Positions 26,994 to 41,016 of a stretch of DNA of 64,000 nt are shown piece after piece; position 1 is the stretch's first letter; each line of letters starts with the position of its first letter. The translations under genes and the position numbers were made by a program. Source of the stretch: Octopus vulgaris (Eukaryota); NCBI GenBank assembly GCA_951406725.2, contig OX597827.1:42036001-42100000 (forward strand), given 5' to 3'. The notes beneath the pieces were generated by a model. The model was not told the DNA's origin, made no database searches, and saw only the letters and a program-made list of their open reading frames with translations.

Positions 26994-27202
26994 TTGTGTG
27001 TTTGTGTTTGTCCCCCTAGCATTGCTTGACAACCGATGCTGGTGTGTTTACGTCCCCGTCAATTAGCGGATCGGCAAAAGAGACCGATAGAATAGGTACT
27101 GGCCTTACAAAGAATAAGTCCCGGGGTCGATTTGCTCGACTAAAGGCGGTGCTCCAGCATGGCCGCAGTCAAATGACTGAAACAAGTAAAAGAGTAAAAG
27201 AG
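26772..27202 (+). mobile_element. SINE family A, full length (young)
   Basis: Consensus head to tail; preceded by an older 3' half at about 26470-26700. Confidence 0.9.
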
Positions 27203-27901
27203 TATATATACATATATACATATATAGATATATTCATATATGTGTATGTGTGTGTCTGTGTGTATGTATATACCCATTTTTTATAGGTGTTTTTGTGTAT
27301 CTGTACATGTGGAACTAAGCCAAACATACCACAGATATATACGCACAAGCGTCATCTAAATTTAACTGACAGCATTCAGTATTCATTAAACAGTTAAAAT
27401 AGTTTAGATCTAGTCAACCATAATAATATTGTAGAGCTAAACAGAATTAAAATTGTTAGTACTACAGTCGTGTTGATGTTGTTAGTGTTACTAATGCAAC
27501 CGTTACGAATTCTGCTGCTTCTGCTGCTGCTGCTACCGCTGCTGTTGCTGTTGCTGTTATGTTTTTCATGAACATTTTCGACCATTCTTTGAATTTTTAT
27601 TGATTTGTCGCCAAAGTGTTGTTTTCAATTCAAATCTAATGAATTTGTATGTCGTATTGTTCTATAGACCAATTCCATACGAGAATTCTAACCACGCACA
27701 GACTGATGCTTTTATTTACATACCCGTCAGCACATACACACACATACACACACACACACAAACGTACAATACTTACGGAAACGTATACAATAAGTACACA
27801 CCCGTTCGTACCTACTTCAAAATATGTGTAGAGATATATAGATTTACTATTTCAAGATCTCAATTATGCCCATGATTATGTTGTTGGTGTGTGTGTATTT
27901 G

Positions 27902-27932
<31 letters not shown>

Positions 27933-28155
27933 ATATGTGTGCGTGTGTGTCTGTCTGTACGTATGTAGGCATGTATGTGTGTGTATACATATAAATATAT
28001 AATTAATTTAGGTAGTAGTAACATATATCTATATACATACATACATACATAGATATATGTATATAGTCATAGATATATGTACATACATACATAGATATAT
28101 ATAATAGACGTATGTATATATATGTATATCTATCTATATATATGTATATGCATAC

Positions 28156-28215
<60 letters not shown>

Positions 28216-28523
28216 TCATACACACATATACACACATATATATACATACATATATATATGTGTATGTGTGTATGTGAGTATGTTAAAGATTGCTTTTATG
28301 TTATAAGTCAAACGAATTTACTTTAAACTGGAGGATTACTTAATGTGTTTGATAGAATATAAATTTATTATACTTTAACAAGAATAGTATAGGCGGTCAC
28401 TTCGAAGTTTCAGTCAGCTAAAGCAATCATGGGATATAGTAGAAACTGCTGTAAGCTAGTGAAGTTGATCATGTAATCGTTTATTCACTTTCAGTGATAG
28501 GAAATTAAATAAACGACAAGATA

Positions 28524-28554
<31 letters not shown>

Positions 28555-28877
28555 CGTATGCGCTTGCGCGCACACACACACACTCACACACACAAAGACA
28601 AACACACACGCACACATGTGTGTGTATACATATTCTTTCATTCGTTTATTTGTTTCAGTCATTTGACTGCGGCCATGCTGGAGCACCACCTTTACTCGAA
28701 CAAATCGACCCCAGGACTTATTCTTTGTAAGTCTAGTGCTTATTCTATCGGTCTATTTGCCGAACCGCTATATACAATGCACACACACACACGGAAATGT
28801 ATATATATGTATGTGTGTATATATATTTATATATATGTATGTATGAACGTATATATATATATATATATATATATCTG

Positions 28878-28907
<30 letters not shown>

Positions 28908-28908
<1 letters not shown>

Positions 28909-29304
28909 TGGAAGGTTTGGAGATGATGTACAGGTATTATATATTAGAAAAAATGAGGTAATCAGAAGATCGGATGGTTTATATTTACAGATATTTATTT
29001 ATATATTATATTTTTTACATATATATCATATCACTTAGATCATTAGCGCTTTCTCCCATTCTAGTGAGGTTTTCAAATCAAAATAATTCCTTTGTGGAGA
29101 ATTTTAATCATTTATACGAAACTCTATAAAATGATTAAAATTCCCCACAAAGGAATTATTTTGATTTGAAAACCCCACTAGAATGGGAGAAAGCGCTACT
29201 GATCTAAGTGATATGATATATATGTAAAAAATGTAATATATAAATAAATATCTGTAAATATAAACTATCCGATCTTCTGATTACCTCATTTCTTCTAATA
29301 TATA
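28908..29304. mobile_element. Palindromic element, family P1, complete hairpin
   Basis: Arms 28938-29116 and 29125-29304, 8-nt loop CGAAACTC; HHR-like motif in each arm (29042-29081 minus, 29161-29200 plus); in (TA)n. Confidence 0.88.
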
Positions 29305-29732
29305 TATGTATATATATATATTTATATATATGTATGTATTTATCATAGGTCAGTAGGATACAAAAGAAATTTAATCAAATTACTGTAGCAGCTAAAATTT
29401 TAGTGGTCTGTACCTTTTAAAGTGGATCACTCTATCTTAATAGGAGCAATACTAGATTTCTTCAACTACCAAATGTACATAGAGAGACTCTTGGAAAATC
29501 TTTATATAGATTTCTTAATCTTATATGTTTTGTACATTTTCTACGTGTACTTTGACAACTGTCAGAAAGAGAGCAGGTATCACGAACTTTAGAGATAAAA
29601 TCTGTAAATGGAGCAAGAAAAATAGACGAGCATTTCTTAAAGTTCGATATGTGCCAATAATCATTGTTTTTATCTAAGCTTCAGTGATTGATCTTTTGTT
29701 TCTTTATTAAAAACTAAATCTCTCTCTCTCTC

Positions 29733-29772
<40 letters not shown>

Positions 29773-29953
29773 TCTAGAAAGTACATTGATAAATACAAAA
29801 CAAAATGCATACCTACATGAGTGCATATATATTGTCTGTATATATATAGATGTGACTACATGTGTGTGTACATATCAGCATAGACACAAACACACACACA
29901 CATGTTTGTGTGTGTGCGTATATATATATATATATATATATATACTCACATAA

Positions 29954-30031
<78 letters not shown>

Positions 30032-30815
30032 GTGTGTGTACGTGTGTGTGTACGTGTGTGTGCACGCTTTGAAAGTGATTTAAAAACGAAGCAACAGAAA
30101 AGGATAAGGTAAACTACAAATCAAATGTATAACAGTGGCAACAACAAGAACAACAACAACGACTACTACTACTACTGCTACTATTTAGAGCGTAACAGTC
30201 GTAGCAACAAATACAATATAAATATGAACACTAATCCGATTATCTATATTTAGACCGATTATTTTAATTTAATTTCAGTTATATATGTTTGAGTGTATGA
30301 CTGCGTTATTTATGACTATGTATGCATGTATGTGTATATACGTTTTATAAGATTGTGTGTATGTGTGTATGCCTATGTGTGTGTGAGTGTGAGTGTGTGT
30401 ATATGCCACTCTGTGCATATGAATAAGCGTACGTGTTGTGTGTGCATTTAAATGCATGGTTACAGATTTTATATACCATAAATCATTCTTATCTTTCTCC
30501 TTCATTATACATCTATCAATTATACACACACAACCCACCAACAAGCACCTATACACCCACGCGATGGCACACCGTCAAGTTGATTATAAGCGTGTGTAAG
30601 TATGGAAAATTTTGTATGCGTGTGTGTGTGTGTGTAGCTATATATGTGTGTGTATGCGGTGTGTGTGTGTGTGTGTGATATATTTATTCTGTATGACACA
30701 AATATTTACTCATATATTCAACGTAATGTACTAGATTCAGTAGTAAATCGATACATACATACGTATACGTTAAACACTTTTCCAGTAATATGCGTACGTA
30801 TTCAGCGCTAAGTAT

Positions 30816-31636
30816 ATGTATGTACGTACGTATGTATGTATGTATGTATGTATGTATGTATGTATGTATGTATGTATGTATGTATGTATGTATGTATGTA
30901 TGTATGTATGTATGTATGTATGTATGTATGTATATATGTATGTATGCATGTATGCATGTATGTATGCATGTATATATGTATGTATGTATGTATGTATGCA
31001 TGTATTTATGTATGTGTGTATGTTTGTATCTGTATGTATGCATGTACGTACGAATGTATGTATGTACATATGTATGTATGTGTGTATGTTTGTGTCATTC
31101 TGTATGTACGTATGTATGTGTGTATGTGTATATGTTTGTGTCTGTATGTATGTAAGTATGTATGTGTATACGTACACACGTATGTATGTATGTATGTATG
31201 TTTGTGTCTCTATGTATGTACGTATGCATGTGTATACGTACGTATGTTTGTATGTATGTATATGTGTATGTTTGTGTCTGTCTGCCTTTACGTATGTATG
31301 TATGTATGTATGTATGTATGTATGTATGTATGTATGTGTGTATGTATGTATGTATCTTTGTGTCTGTTTGTCTGAATGTATGCACGTACGTATGTACGTA
31401 TCTATGTATGCATGTATGTGTCTATGTTTGTCTGTATATATGTGTATGTTTGTATGTATATATGTACGTACGTATATATGCACGTGTGTATGTATTTTTG
31501 TGTCTCTCTGTCTGTATGTACGTATGTAAGTATGTATGTATGTATGTTTGTATCTGTCTGTGTTTTTATGTATATATGTATTTATACATACATACATACA
31601 TACATACATACAAATATAGATATATCTATATATATA

Positions 31637-31667
<31 letters not shown>

Positions 31668-31690
31668 CATACATACATACATACATACAT
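30816..31690. repeat. Large degenerate (TATG)n satellite switching to (CATA)n
   Basis: Seen directly in the sequence. Confidence 0.9.
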
Positions 31691-31937
31691 ACTTACGTAG
31701 AGAGGATGTATAGACGATCGCAAATTCATAACACGTTGTAAGTCTAACAGCATTATATTCTTTGTACAAATACTGGACTAAGATTTTATTAAAAATATTC
31801 TTTGGCAACGCAGTAAATTTGAATTATTCATACCCTTAGGGAACGCCCTTCTTACCCTTCTTTTTTTTAATTAATGAATACATGTGCAGTACGAAACATT
31901 AAAAGGTATTGTTTAGGGATGAGAAACATTTTGTATG

Positions 31938-31968
<31 letters not shown>

Positions 31969-32013
31969 TTATATATACATACATATATATATACATATAT
32001 AATATATATATAC

Positions 32014-32073
<60 letters not shown>

Positions 32074-32078
<5 letters not shown>

Positions 32079-32826
32079 AATAAAATAAAACATATGCATA
32101 TATATAAACATATATGTACGTACCTACCTCTACATGTACATCTACATGTTCATCTACTCTACTTTTCGAAGGATAAAAGCGAGACGTATCTTCGACAAGA
32201 AACTTTCCTTCCTGCGAAAAGCAAATCAATTAAAATTCTGAGATCTTTTTGCAGAGGGGTAAAAAATGGTAACAAAAACAGGACAGTAACGACAGTACAA
32301 ATTATAAACAGTAAAAGACAGGACAAGGAAAAACAAGATAAGAAGGGCTGTTAACGCCGAACGAAAAAAAGAATTTTTTATGAACGACGAGCGGAGCAAA
32401 AAGAATGTCGTCCATTACCTTGAGAGGGCCAGGCCAAAGAGACAGCAGCGGAAGTCACGTCGCGGGTGAACGACGGAAAGAACAAAAACTTGATATAAAG
32501 AACAATCTTACTTAAGGGGGTGCGTGCGTTTCATCATATAGTATATTAATAAATAAAATAAAACATATGCATATATATAAACATATGTGTACGTACCTAC
32601 CTCTACATGTACATATACACCCATATATGAGTACAGGACACCAAAAGGACGTCGAACACAATGAGAAACGAAAACATAGACACAAACCAAAGGAACTGGA
32701 CATTTTTTTTAAAAACAGCAAAAAAAAAAGCAAAAAAAATAGGAGTACAGGACAATTAACACAAAGAAAAAACCCCTTCTTCAGTCGCTAAACGTTTCAT
32801 CTACTCTACGTTTCGAAGGATAAAAG

Positions 32827-32829
<3 letters not shown>
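32074..32829. mobile_element. Partial-tandem non-coding element in (TA)n
   Basis: Direct repeats 32074-32141/32547-32614 and 32149-32183/32796-32829. Confidence 0.6.
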
Positions 32830-32869
<40 letters not shown>

Positions 32870-32877
32870 TATACATG

Positions 32878-32994
32878 TTTCTGCTATAACCACGAGTCGA
32901 CTGAAAGCTTGTGAGTGGATTTGGTAAACGGAAACTGAAAGAAGCCTCTCGTATATACATACATAAATACATACGCACATAAATAAATAAATAA

Positions 32995-33025
<31 letters not shown>

Positions 33026-33235
33026 ACTGTGTTTGCCTTTGTGTTTGTGTTTGTCCCAAATCACCGCTGTTGATGTGTTTACGTCCCCGTAAGTTCGCAG
33101 TTTGGCGATAACGGCCGATAGTATAAGCACTAAGCTTTAAAAAATTAAGTCTTAGGGTCGATTCATTCGTCTAAAAATTCTTCAAGTCGGTGCCCCAGCA
33201 TGGCCGCAGTGTGGTGACTGGAACAAGTAAAGAGC
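32878..33235 (+). mobile_element. SINE family A, 5'-truncated and diverged
   Basis: GTGAGTGGATTTGG...GAAACTGAAAGAAGCC...CAGCATGGCCGCAG. Confidence 0.7.
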
Positions 33236-33556
33236 AAAATATATGCGTATATAGGTGTGTGTATGCGTGTATGTGTGTGTCTGTGTGTGTTCTAACGAAA
33301 ATACGACACGAATCTAATTTAATCTTTGTTAAGACTGTCGTATCTGCGTATCAAACATTTTTAGTTCTTTTTTTATAAGAAGTTTCCAAATGTATTTTTA
33401 TTGAGGCTTATAGGTACAACTTCGGGATACGGATCTGTGCTAACTTCTTATAAGTTATCAAATAATACCATATATCACATAGAATATCATATATTATATC
33501 CGACATTATATCCATATTATTAGCTGATACCATACATTGTATTTTTACAAAGTTTC

Positions 33557-33601
<45 letters not shown>

Positions 33602-33857
33602 TATATCTTTCAATGTTTGTTTACGCAACTGTATTTAAACACTATATCCATGGAGATGTATGCAAATACAAACTTATAATATATCTATATCTATCGATCT
33701 ATGTATGTATGTATGTATGTATGTATGTATGTATGTATGTATGTATGTATGTATGTATGTATGTATCTATCTATCTATCTATCTATCTACATGTTTGTTT
33801 ATCTCTCTGTCAGTCTGTCTATCTGCCTGTCTGTCTATCTGCCTGTCTGTCTATCTA

Positions 33858-33890
<33 letters not shown>

Positions 33891-33976
33891 TGACATGCTT
33901 CAACGAATGATGCGCATTTATGCAAATATCCATATATCTTATATGTGTACATATACAATTGTCTGGTATGTTTACG

Positions 33977-34016
<40 letters not shown>

Positions 34017-34129
34017 TGCGTATATATTTACGTATGTGTATGTTTACCTACATGTATATGTGTGTATGTTTTTGTGCATGAATATATAGAAACCAATACG
34101 AGAACACAAACATACAAACAAACATATTT

Positions 34130-34455
34130 TATTCTTTCATTCTTTTACTTGTTTCAGTTACTTGGCTGCGGCCATACTAAAGTATCGCTTTTAGTCGAAG
34201 AAATCTACTCCAAGACTTAGCCTATGTTGGCCTAGTACTTATTCTTTCGGTTTCTATTGACGAAGTGCTAAGTTACGGGGACGTAGACACACCAACGCCG
34301 GCTTTCAAGCGATGGTGGGGGGCAAGCCAAATCCACTCACAAGGTCTTGGTCAACCCAAGGCTATAGTAGAAGACAAGGTGCCACGCAGTGGGACTGAAC
34401 ACGGAACCGTGCGGTTGGTTAGCAACCTTCTTACCACATAGCCACTCCTGCGCCT
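34130..34455 (-). mobile_element. SINE family A with internal deletion
   Basis: Reverse-complement match ending GCCACTCCTGCGCC. Confidence 0.75.
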
Positions 34456-34482
34456 ACCCCCAAAGACACAGACACACACACG

Positions 34483-34533
<51 letters not shown>

Positions 34534-35210
34534 CTATCTATATATACATATATATATATATATTTTAAATGTGTGTGTATCGTGTTTAAGTATGTATGTA
34601 TTTACGTATTTATGTGTATAACGTATGTATGTGTGTGCGTGTGTGCAGTTATATCTGATTAGCAATTATATCTGCGATGTTGTGAAAGAAAAAAGAACAT
34701 AACAAAATGACAGATAGTAAAATAATATAAGAGATAATAGATAGCTTTGTGGATTGTTTAGGTTTCAATGTCGAACCGTAAAAGCGAAGTGACAAAAACA
34801 ATGAGAGAAATAGCTAGGTGGCGAATGAAAGACATAGAGACGGACAGAGGGAGATAAAACATTAAGAGTGATATATATCTAGAGAGATAATACATGGAAA
34901 AGAACGAGAGAGACAGGGGCGGAAAACGATATTTATATATATGTATAGGTAGAAAGTGGGAAGTTAAAATTAAAATGACAGTGTCGTAAAATAGTACAGA
35001 AAAAGAAAATGGCAGATGTCTGAATAGAGAAATAAAATAACAAGAAAAATGGACGGTAGTAAATTAAGTTAAATGAATAAATAACAATATACTGGGAGCA
35101 TAGTTGGTGGCTTAGATGTTAAGGTTAAATGGTAGGCGGTTTTGTGTTCCAAAACCTTTTCATCGGATTTTAATGTTTGTCTTATTATTGGTGATGTCTA
35201 AATAACCATC

Positions 35211-35467
35211 CAGGCGGCAAGCTGGCAGAAACGTTAGCACGCTCGACGAACGTCTTGTCTTTACGTTCTGAATTCAAATTCCGCCGAGGTCGACTTTGCC
35301 TTTCATCCTTTCGGGATCGATAAATTAAGTACCAGTTGCGTACTGGAGTCGATCTAATCGACTGCCCCCCCCTCCCCAAAAATTTCGGGCCTTGTGCCTA
35401 GAGTAGAAAAGAATCGTTAGCACGCCGAGCGAAAAGCTTAGCGGTATTTCGTCTGCCGTTACGTTCT
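35211..35467 (+). mobile_element. SINE family B plus partial second head
   Basis: Family B consensus match. Confidence 0.8.
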
Positions 35468-35815
35468 GTTATAAAGGGGGTAAAGACCCCTTCGGTCATG
35501 AATGACAATGGGATTGCACCTAGAAAGTTACCCTCCTAGACACAAGTCCGGGCAAGGTTGTTTATGGAAGACCAGCAGTCGCCCATGCATACCAGCCTCC
35601 CTCTCCACGCCACCAGTGTTATCCAAGGGAAAGACAAAGGTCGATACAGCTTGGCACCAGTGACGTCGCAACTCATTTCTACAGCTGAGTGAACTGGAGC
35701 AACGTGAAATAAAGTGCCTTGCTCAAGAACACAACACGCAGCCCGGTCCGGGATTCGAGCTCACAACCTCACGATCGTAAGCCCGACGCTCTAACCACTG
35801 AGCCATGCGCCTTCA
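35468..35815 (-). mobile_element. SINE, family C head/core with a distinct 3' tail
   Basis: Minus-strand GGCGCATGGCTCAGTGGTTAGAGC...TCGAATCCC head, family C core and a different tail. Confidence 0.7.
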
Positions 35816-35831
35816 TATATATAACGTTCTG

Positions 35832-35964
<133 letters not shown>

Positions 35965-35994
35965 CATACATACATACATACATCATACAAACAT

Positions 35995-36096
<102 letters not shown>

Positions 36097-36695
36097 CATA
36101 GTATAGTCGATCTCGTTTAACTGCATCTTCTTCATGATTGAAACTTTTGTGTAGTTGGTCAGAGTATTCAATTAAGCGCTCAATTCGTATTGGCAGCGAT
36201 ACTTTACGAGATTTCAGTATATTTTCAATAGTAGTAAGCTAATGTGACTATATTGTCACAATGAGCAACATATATTAAAACAAGAATAAAATGGCTTCCA
36301 TTTAATTACACTTCGTTTTGTGTACCCATAATTTATTTCCTTCTCATCTAATTTAAGCTGATTTTTGTTATCGATATATATCACCTACACAATCGCTTGA
36401 ATTGTACCAAATAAGATGGTTTTATTTTCCCCAATCTTTTGGCTGTTCTTCAATTACCGAAGCTTAGCCAGATTAACACGTTTCGATAATAACTTTCACT
36501 CAATTTGAGTTACTTAACAATAACAACTAGTGACATAAGGATTAAGCTTTTTCTTATTTCTACTGGAATACATTGACTTCAATTCAATGAATTCTGACAA
36601 TAGTGACGAATTTCATAATATAACTTTGTCATTATTAAGCTAGTTATTTAAACATATTTAAGGTAAACACTTGTGTGTTTTTGAATGCAGGAGTC

Positions 36696-36757
36696 AAGGT
36701 CTCATCAGGCGGTGAAATAACCATTTTAGTTGTTTCGGTCCCTTCCAACGCGACACC
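36696..36757 (-). ncRNA. Rearranged (non-circularly permuted) hammerhead-like motif
   Basis: Minus strand GGTGTC-GCGTTG-g-AAGGGACC-GAAACAAC...CACCGC-CTGATGA-GACCTT. Confidence 0.5.
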
Positions 36758-36880
36758 AGAGCTATCCGGAGTCACCCACCGATGTAGGCGACAAAACATC
36801 CATTCAACAGCACAAGCTTTGTTGGGTTAGATGTTGTGACTCTTAGCCAGATGTTTCTACCATCCGTAATGCTCGTTCTT

Positions 36881-37296
36881 ATTTCTTTATTGCCCACAAG
36901 GAGCTAAACATAGAGGGGACAAACAAGGACAAACAAAGGGATTAAGACGATTACATCGACCCCAGTGCATAACTTGTACTTAATTTATCGAACCAGAAAG
37001 GATGAAAGGCAAAGTCGACCTCAGCGGAATTTGAACCCAGAACGTAACGGCAGACGAAATACCTATTTCCTTACTACCCACAAGGGGCTAAACACAGAGG
37101 GGACAAACAAGGACAGACAAACGGATTAAGTCGATTACATCGACCCCAGTGCATAACTGGTACTTAATTTATCGACCCCGAAAGGATGAAAGGCAGAGTC
37201 GACCTCGGCGGAATTTGAACTCAGAACGTAACGGTAGACGAAATACTGCTAGGCATTACGCCCAGCGTGCTAACGTTTCTGCCCGCTTGCCGCCTT
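36881..37296 (-). mobile_element. SINE B dimer with 18-bp TSD
   Basis: TCCGTAATGCTC(G/A)TTCTT at 36863-36880 and 37297-37314. Confidence 0.88.
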
Positions 37297-38610
37297 TCCG
37301 TAATGCTCATTCTTGATGCACAACTCATCTCCCTTGAGCCAAATGTTATGGTTTGCTTTCACAGCAGCTTCTGACAATTTTCTGGCAAATTCTTTTCCCT
37401 CCTTCGTAACTAGTCCAAGGCTCCTCGGCGTTTTGTAAGCACTAGATCCACCAAATCCTATAACACTTATCTCTACAGGATGGTATTTTGCCGTCAATCC
37501 ACTGTTTTTATAGACTTCAAACAACGCAGTGTATTTTCTGTATTTCATGAAAAAGTGACTTCAATGTTCGCTTCACAGGGAACGGCCAGTTCTACCAAAG
37601 TTATGTATTATATCACTTTATACAGGAAGTTTGTATAGCAGAGCCAGGAAACAGTCGAAGACAGTCGATATCAGGAAGGTTTAAAGAATAGTCGTTTAGA
37701 TCGGCGACTGGCTAATGTTGCCAACATAATGAAGGCAGTGAAATAACAGCATCTATTCACAGTTGGATCCGAAATCATCTGTATAGAAATGTTCTCCACA
37801 ATGAAAATGTATTTATTGAAAGAATTTTGTTACCAAACTAAAAATAACATTCAAACGACACCGGAATTTTAATTAAATTAATCTAAATGGTAAGAATAAT
37901 TTGAAAGTTTCTATCTCTTTTGACATCGTTTGTTTGTAAATAGGAAATGTTGACCTTTCATGAAATCGGAAACATTCAGAATCACTTTATTCAAAATAAA
38001 TGAAATAAATGTAGGATTTTATGCTAAATTTTTCCATTGTTTTCCTGGAAATAACAAAAAAATGCCATTATTATATATGCACGAGTAATTTATTTTGTTT
38101 GTTAACTAAAGAGTCGAAAAATAAAAGTATGCGATTAACCGAAACTGATATTATTCGCATATGCAATTAACTGATTAGTTTTATATAGAGTTGATGGTAA
38201 ATAGTTCGGAGTTGTGGAATTTATGCATTTAAACGAATTATGCAATTATCTGTTAATGACATCTAGCAGAATCCGTCATTATGTACTCTGTATGTGTACA
38301 AATACTGGTGCTTGCGCAAATAATTACATGCAATTTCAACCATACGTTCATACATACATGCATGTATACATTCGTGTATGCATGTATTCCTGCATTATTA
38401 CACATATGCATACACATACATATAGGTACACTGCTACATACATGCAGCAGTGCATACGTACAACGTACACCTTAATAAAGGCAAATCTCCAACGTGAGCT
38501 AAGAGGCGAGAAAAAGATAGAGAGTTAGACAGAGTGCAAGAGAAAGGCCGAAAGAATGGGAAGCAGAAAGAGAAAGAGGGTGCAGTGTATGTACGTACGT
38601 ATGTATGTCA

Positions 38611-38874
38611 TTATTCAGTTTTATTTCAAGATTTCTTGCCAATAGAGAAAGAGCCGGTTTCTAACCCAGATCCAAGGCTTCTTCATTGGAATTTCAACAT
38701 CAGTGTATGTATGTATGTATGTATGTATGTATGTATGTATGTATGTATGTATGTATGTATGTATGTATGTATGTATGTATGTATGTTATTATTCAGTTTT
38801 ATTTCAAGATTTCTTGCCAATAGAGAAAGAGCTGGTTTCTAACCTAAATCCAAGGCTCCTTCATTGGAATTTCA
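38611..38874. repeat. Two about 86-bp direct repeats separated by (TATG)n
   Basis: 38611-38696 is similar to 38789-38874. Confidence 0.85.
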
Positions 38875-39286
38875 GCTTGTATGTATCTATGTATGCATGT
38901 ATGGTTGTATATACATGTATGGCGTTGTGTATGTATGCATGTACGTATGCATACGTTTCTGCGCAGATGAGAGTGCGTGTGTGTGCGTGCACAATTATGC
39001 TTTGCATCAGCGCTCATTACAGAGCATGAAAGGGAAACACACACACACAGCTTCATGGATCAACAGATAGTTAAAGAGAGAGATAATGAGAGAGGCTGCA
39101 AAAGAGACAGTGAGTATACATGGCAGGAATGAGATTAACAGCAGACTGATCTGGAAATGACATGCGCTTAGTTTACACTAGTTAACCTCTACTGCCGGCT
39201 CTTGTGTGACATAATACGCTCTGTTCCTTTTTCACGTCCAGAGACTGCTTTGTGCGAATACGCAAATTCATTTTTGTCACATATGT

Positions 39287-39438
39287 AATTGGGTTGGTGT
39301 ATAATTATTGCGGCTTTTTTTCAACAATTTTTATTCAACAAAAACAATAACAACATGTGACAAAAACATATTTAAATGATTATTTTAGAGCATATTCACC
39401 ATCTACTTCAATTACTGCTTCACATTTGCTTGGCAGTT
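39287..39438 (-). mobile_element. Mariner 3' end
   Basis: TIR-like TTGGGTTGGTGTATAATTATTGCGG; minus strand encodes KLPSKCEAVIEVDGEYA. Confidence 0.6.
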
Positions 39439-39925
39439 TGTAGAGTCATAGGAGCGTCAGATAAAATGTCTTGAGATTGTAGTGACGTCATATTCCAGTG
39501 TGCGCACACGCAACGTCATTCTTCAGTGTGCGTGTGCGGGGTTGGAACCTTCTGGAAAGGCATAAGGAAGTTCCCTCATGAACTTCAGAGACTGAAGAAT
39601 AAATTCTATAGCGTTCCTTAATATCGTCGGGGACTTGAGACACGGCGATAGAAGAGAAAGGACGTATTTTTAAACGTGTGATCAGCCTATTCTCCTGTCC
39701 CAGACGCTTAGGATTTAACCTGTTCTATTAATGCTGAATTGTTGTAAGAATGGATACCAGTATACCATCGTGTTTCATTGTTGAATAAGAGAATAAAGAA
39801 TTGTATATATTTCTAAACTTGCGTTTCGTTCCTGACTGGTAGTTACTAGAAACAAAAAGAAAGGAAATTATGTTGCACCCAAGTTGCACCCCAAAAGTGT
39901 AAAGAAGCAACCCGTTCCCCTTACA
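39439..39925. mobile_element. Possible solo LTR
   Basis: TGTA...TACA termini, 487 bp, AATAAA inside; abuts the truncated mariner; TSD imperfect (AGTT/AGAT). Confidence 0.4.
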
Positions 39926-40581
39926 AGATATTCGATCCAGCTTTCTGTATTATAAGTTCAATAGGCACCAACGTCAACTTTGATTCTCACTTTTTCGAGG
40001 GCCAATAAATAAAATGCATGCTCAGTACTGAGTGTCGGTTCTTCTGTATTAGTCGTGATGAAATCTAAAAACAAAAGTGGGGTTTCTTCTCCAAGTTTAA
40101 ATTGCTTAAGATACGCTTTATGTTACATATGTGGTACTCGATCGGTTAGAAATAGCAGCTGAATCATTCCCAAATCCATACCCTTCTAGTTTTTAAATAA
40201 GCAATGTAAACATTAGCCAATTTTCAGAAAACGCCCACAGATTTTCACTGTTCCATTTATAGAGTGATTTAAACGACTACATATGAACTTGTCTACTTCT
40301 CTCAGCAGGAAAAACCCACGACGTTTCGATTATTACTTCAACGCTTAATAAAATAGCAAAGTTTACCGATGTTAGTAGGTAGTAATGTAAATATTGAAAT
40401 ATGTTTTAGGATTTGAATCTGTTATCCGTAATAGTATGAATGTATGTATGTGAATATGCATGTGGATAAGTGTCTATGTGTGTAAGTATGTGTATGTATG
40501 CATTACATGCATATGTATGCATGTGTGTATACTTGTATGATGTGTGTTTACGTATGTATGAGTTTGTTTATGAATGTTTGA

Positions 40582-40672
<91 letters not shown>

Positions 40673-40803
40673 TGTGTATAAGTGTCTATGTGTGTATGTT
40701 TGTGTATGTATGCATTATATATATATGTATTCATGTGTGTATACTTTTATGTGTGTATATGTATGTATGAATTTGTTTATGCATGTGTGAATGTGTGTAT
40801 GTG

Positions 40804-40834
<31 letters not shown>

Positions 40835-40948
40835 ATGAAAGTATGCAAGTAATGTGTGCATCTACATATGTATCTGTGTATGAATGCATGTGTATATTTA
40901 ATGCATGTATTCATGTCCATATAAATGCTATATATGTCTGTGTTTATG

Positions 40949-41016
<68 letters not shown>

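Larger units (their letters stand above)
36660..37700 (-). pseudogene. Hero/NeSL-type (RLE endonuclease) LINE 3' end, interrupted by a SINE B dimer
   Basis: VELAVPCEAN...KYRKYTAL...GLTAKYHPVEISVIGF...LSEAAVKANHNIWLK; the 3' UTR continues at 36660-36862. Confidence 0.7.
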
